Part shown: positions 60,301 through 64,000 of the stretch, in pieces
How positions within the stretch are numbered: position 1 is the stretch's first letter
Layout: each line of letters opens with the position of its first letter
Assembly: GCA_965178125.1 (NCBI GenBank)
Contig: OZ237769.1
Location: 558,001 to 622,000, forward strand
Length of the DNA stretch: 64,000 nt
Source: Bilabrum cf. latius
Taxonomy: Eukaryota
Direction of reading: 5' to 3'
Made by a program: the position numbers and the translations under genes
The notes under the pieces: generated by a model
Seen by the model: the letters and a program-made list of their open reading frames with translations, nothing else
Told to the model about the DNA's origin: nothing
The model's database searches: none

Positions 60301-61011
60301 CGTCACACTCCTAGGCCCCAGCACCACAGCCGCCGCCGCGCACACCTCCCTGGCCCCCGCCTGCACCCGGCCCACCGGGTCCGAGAGAGCGGGTGCCGCT
60401 GCCTCCACCACCCGCCGGAGCACCGCCTCCCTGCCCCTGCCGCTGACCGTGCCCTCCCCCGCGGCCAGGGCAGCGGCCGCCAACACCCGCACGGCCTGGT
60501 CCCGCACCCCGCTGCGACGGTGTGTGACGAGCGGGGCCACGGACGGCAGCACGCTCTCCGGGCCGGCTGCCCTGGCCACGGCGGCGAGAGCGCGCAGGTT
60601 AGCATGGCGAACCACCAGCTTGTTGTCCGAGATGCGACCCATGAGGGCGGGCATGAGGGCGTCACGGGCGCTGCTCGCGGAGCGGCTGTCGCCCCCGAGC
60701 GCGCGTTGCCCTCCCGATTCCGCAAGAGCATGGGCTGCATCCAACCCAGCCATCACGCTGCGAAATGATGGGTCCTGTACCGCGCTTGCTACTAGTTTTG
60801 CAATCTCTTCTGCGTGCTGACGAACCTATTCTGTGCCTTGGGCCCCACGAATGCGCTTTGCCAGCTGCTCTGCGGCTTGGGCCGTACCCATGCCGGCTCC
60901 TCGCGATGATCTTCTGCCACCAGCGTCCTTACTTCCTGAGAGCGACTGCAAAACATCATTTCCAACGAAGTCTGACAGCGAATTTTTGGCCTGGCTGCCA
61001 GTTGATGCCAT
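54397..61011 (-). CDS. TOG/HEAT-array microtubule regulator (TOGARAM/crescerin or CLASP-like; about 2200 aa); 8 in-frame TAG
   Basis: AVQDPSFRSV, LMGRISDNKLVVRHAN, WSKQVQALLALRR...VSSPRSALAKSA, SNAFLQAEA, DSDWRTRQGAV...GDGQSKV. TAG at 60826, 59707, 59440, 59404, 57979, 57928, 57421 and 56737. TGA stop. Confidence 0.85.
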
Positions 61012-61940
61012 TCTTGTATTCCGTTCCAACGAAGGGTTCCGTTGGACGCTTGCTCTCGACTACAGACGGTTCAGGGTCCGGTTCGATGCTTTGACGCTTT
61101 AATTAAGTGTGTGCGAAACAGCTTCCACGGCTCAGAAGCCTAGGTAGCGCTGAGCACTAGGCGCAGCCCAGCTGGAGCGGGTGGGTCTGCACACAAAATC
61201 CGTGAGATCGGGCCCGCTGGGGAAGCAAATTTACCTCTGAAATATATGTTGAATAGCGCCAAACAATATAAGTCGCTTCAATGTTTCACTGGGCGGTGTT
61301 TGCACCAATTTTCCCGACGTGTGCTGCCGGCGGCCGAAACCGCTGCTCATGCCAGTGGCCCGGCCCGGAGGGAGCCTTCGCTTCGGCGCCGGCGCCGGCA
61401 CTGGTGGTCATCACCAGCCTGGGCGATCACAGGCCCGATCGCTGGCATACTAGCGAGTGTAAGCACAATGTAATCTATCCATGTCTGCGAGGCATACCCG
61501 AATGCCTGGAGATCGCCAGAGGTCCGGTTCTCCCTCGCCGAGAGAGGGGCCTACTGCCAGTGTGCTTGCAACCAGCACGGCAATTGGATCGATCTACTTG
61601 GCGCCAGCGTGAAGGCTGTGAGACGCAAGATGGGGGCTAGCACGTCCCTCGCGTCTCCCTTATTGTTGCTGCACCTCGTCGCTGTATTGCTGGATCCTCA
61701 TGGAGTGCCACCTGGCCCCACAGCACGCCACCTGGTCCTTGGCGGGGACTCGCAGGTGCATTCGAGGCCCCCTGACCGCCAGTCGTGCAGTCACGTAGAA
61801 TCATCCATGCCCCACACTGTGGCACGTCACACTGACCCGCGCCGTGTCAAGATATGCCCCTTGATCGCTGGAGACTCGTGTCCTGGCACTACTGACCACC
61901 CCAAGCCATGCCATGCCATGCCATGCCAACTCCCCGTCCG

Positions 61941-62070
61941 ATCAGCTCCTGAACAGCACCACGGGCACGTTCTGTGTGACAGAGTAGTAGTCCTCGAACT
62001 GCACGATCAGCTCCTGAACAGCACCACGGGCACGTTCTGTGTGACAGAGTAGTAGTCCTCGAACTGCACG
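61941..62070. repeat. 65-bp perfect tandem duplication of the VPS26C 3' end including its stop codon
   Basis: 61941-62005 and 62006-62070 are identical. Confidence 0.93.
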
Positions 62071-63068
62071 ATCACGTTCACCTCGAACTGCACGCTCAGG
62101 GTCTTGGAGGAGAAGGAGGGGCAGGTGAACATCCGGGGGAGCACCATGTACAGAGGCAGCGCCACCCCGCGGGGGACGTCTCCCTCCCCCACCTGCAGGT
62201 TCTGGATCTCGGTGGCTTCCCGCTGGGTGCCAGAGGCGGTCGCAACCGATTCCACCCTGACGAGCTGCAGCTCCAGCGACCTGACCCTGGCCTCGGACTT
62301 GGCCAGCGTGAGGGTCCCCGTGAAGGGACGGGTGAGCGAGCAGCGGGTCTGGTCCAGCTTGGCGAGCACCTGGAAGTCCGGTATCTCGTGCACGCTGTCC
62401 TTCTTTATGTTGGCCAGAGTGGCGGGTGAGATGTCCACGGTCTTGGGGCCCGGCTCGAGGGCGGTTCGGGCGGGGACCTGCACCAGGAACTCGGCGCTGT
62501 GGGTGAGGTCCGAGGAGAACGCCCCGCTGGCCTTGAGCACCGCTGCCACGCGGTACACCACGGACAAATAAACTCCGTGGTAGGTTTCGATGAGCCGCCG
62601 CCCGCCCACGCCGTCGCACTCGAACTCGAAAGGAATCTCAACTGGCTTGGCAGGCAGCTTGCCCGCGGGCTCCAGCTCGATGGTTTCAGAGAGAAGCACG
62701 GAGCTGCCACCTGCCGCCCCGCCACTTGCACCGCCCCCTTCCGGGTCTAACTTTGCGATGACGCCGACTGCCTTGCCTTTCGGCAGAGCGATGATACCAC
62801 CATGAGCATCAACTACCAACCCCTTATGCGCCCAGCTGGGCGCGTTGACCAGTACAACGCCCGAGACCGTCTCCTGCAACGCAGTGGGCAGAGAATATCA
62901 TGCAATGGACACGCCTCGATCCGGACAAACAACGATACCATCATTCGCTACGCCTCGACAAGTGCAAGTCAGACCACTCCGAAATGTGTACGTGATATTC
63001 ACGGAATTCCACCTTACCCCTGCCTTATAAGTTCTATCTACTCTCTTCAACTTGACTGACAAGCTCAT
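62007..63068 (-). CDS. VPS26C: VPS26C/DSCR3 (Retriever subunit); exons 63018-63068 and 62007-62873
   Basis: MSLSVKLKRVDRTYKAG|ETVSG, EIPFEF...LIETYHGVY, ELQLVRVES...REATEIQNLQVGEGDVPRG...YMVLPRMFTCP. TGA stop. Confidence 0.93.
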
Positions 63069-63222
63069 CACGACCTGTTTGAGAGGCCTGTGTTGCACGG
63101 GCGGCGTATTTCGGATCCTCGCCGTCGGACTCAAAAGCACACGTTATAATTTCAATGTACTCTGCCAGATTCCGATGTTTGGAGGGAATCTCGCACTTTC
63201 CTCGACAGTAGTAGTCTCAAAC

Positions 63223-64000
63223 ATGGCTGCCGCCGGTGATGAGAGCGCACACAAGTTCCCCGAGGGGTTCGAGGTGTACGATGACGAGAAGTGCATGGCA
63301 GCGGAGGCTCCCTCGCTCGAGGGCCTCAAGGACACTTGGATCGCTGGCGAGTACGTGAGATATCGCGCGCATTTCTGTGGCTTTGTTCTCGTAGTAAAGT
63401 CTGATAAAGTATTGCCTCGTGTGTGGTGCTAGTTATGGTGTTGGTGCTGTGTGGGACTGCACAGGCTCGTTTTGCTGTGCCACGCAGTCGATATCGCGTC
63501 AGCGACCAATCAGCTATTTGGCACTGCACTAGCCGCAGTACGTCTGCAGTTTGTAGTATATTGTCGAGAAGTATTTGCTCGTACTGCGTGAATCGGTCAA
63601 CTGCGCTCAAGCATGCGTTGTTGCTCGAGCAAATGCCTCCGCCAATGAATGCCATGCAGGTTCCCGCGCTTCGATCTGCCCAATCTTTGATTCGCAGTTC
63701 AACCACGGCAACGGCAAGCCCACCATCCTGCTGTTTTGGGAGAAGTTTGCCACTGGTGATTACAAGGTGAACGAGCAGGTGGCCGACTGGGTAGCCACGC
63801 TCGGCGACAAGGTGAACGCCATCGGCGTGTCTGTGGACGCCACCAAGGCGGACGCCGAGAAGTACGTGTCCCGCCTGGGCAAGCACCTGGAGGAGCAGCG
63901 CGTGACCATGAAGATGGTGCCCAACGTTGCATGGGATGAGGACAAGAAGCTGTCCGAGGAATTCAAGAAGGTGTGCCGCCTGGCCGTGATGGGCCCCTCC
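63223..64000 (+). CDS. Thioredoxin-fold (redoxin/TlpA-like) protein lacking CxxC; intron 63355-63697; runs off the window
   Basis: APSLEGL...|FNHGNGKPTILLFWEKFATGDY...VNAIGVSVD...PNVAWDED. The exons join in phase 0. Confidence 0.7.

Noticed and set aside
1553-61011. In-frame TAGs as pseudogenisation or random sequencing errors
   Set aside because: Decay or random error would also give TGA/TAA and frameshifts. Only TAG occurs, across 18 genes with preserved domain structure.
1553-61011. TAG explained by pyrrolysine, A-to-I editing to Trp, or micro-intron acceptors
   Set aside because: The positions are polar, Gln-like sites and Gln repeats, not Trp or catalytic sites. No pyl genes are in the window. 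At conserved sites the motif is continuous across the TAG, leaving no room for an intron. U-to-C mRNA editing cannot be formally excluded without RNA data.
61246-61930. Possible small plus-strand gene or structured RNA (GC-rich stem near 61352-61404)
   Set aside because: No consistent exon model or recognisable family. Such stems are common at this GC content.
1-64000. tRNA-Gln(CUA), eRF1, rRNA, transposase or viral genes
   Set aside because: None recognised in this window. The decoding machinery for the inferred code must lie elsewhere.

Overview
GC-rich, gene-dense nuclear DNA of a flagellated microbial eukaryote. It has GT-AG spliceosomal introns and IFT43, MKKS/BBS6-like and TOGARAM-like ciliary genes; a stramenopile-like lineage is my inference only. 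About 23 protein-coding genes can be reconstructed by hand, but only if TAG is read as a sense codon. I counted about 95 in-frame TAG codons in 18 genes. All 22 genes whose 3' end is visible stop at TGA (20) or TAA (2), and I found no internal TAA or TGA in the reconstructed frames. Conserved-motif context and CAG/TAG alternation in QT and GQ repeats point to UAG=Gln with UAA and UGA kept as stops, a rare nuclear code in which UAG is uncoupled from UAA. The supplied standard-code ORF track therefore fragments or hides most genes. A second unexplained signal is three 11-12-mer motifs (GTGTGACGAGTG, TTGTTCCCTGG, GGTGCATCGCAC) that recur many times on both strands, and the first does so in several reading frames. 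Several proteins look like degenerate enzymes or unusual fusions. All family assignments come from motif recognition by eye, not from database searches.
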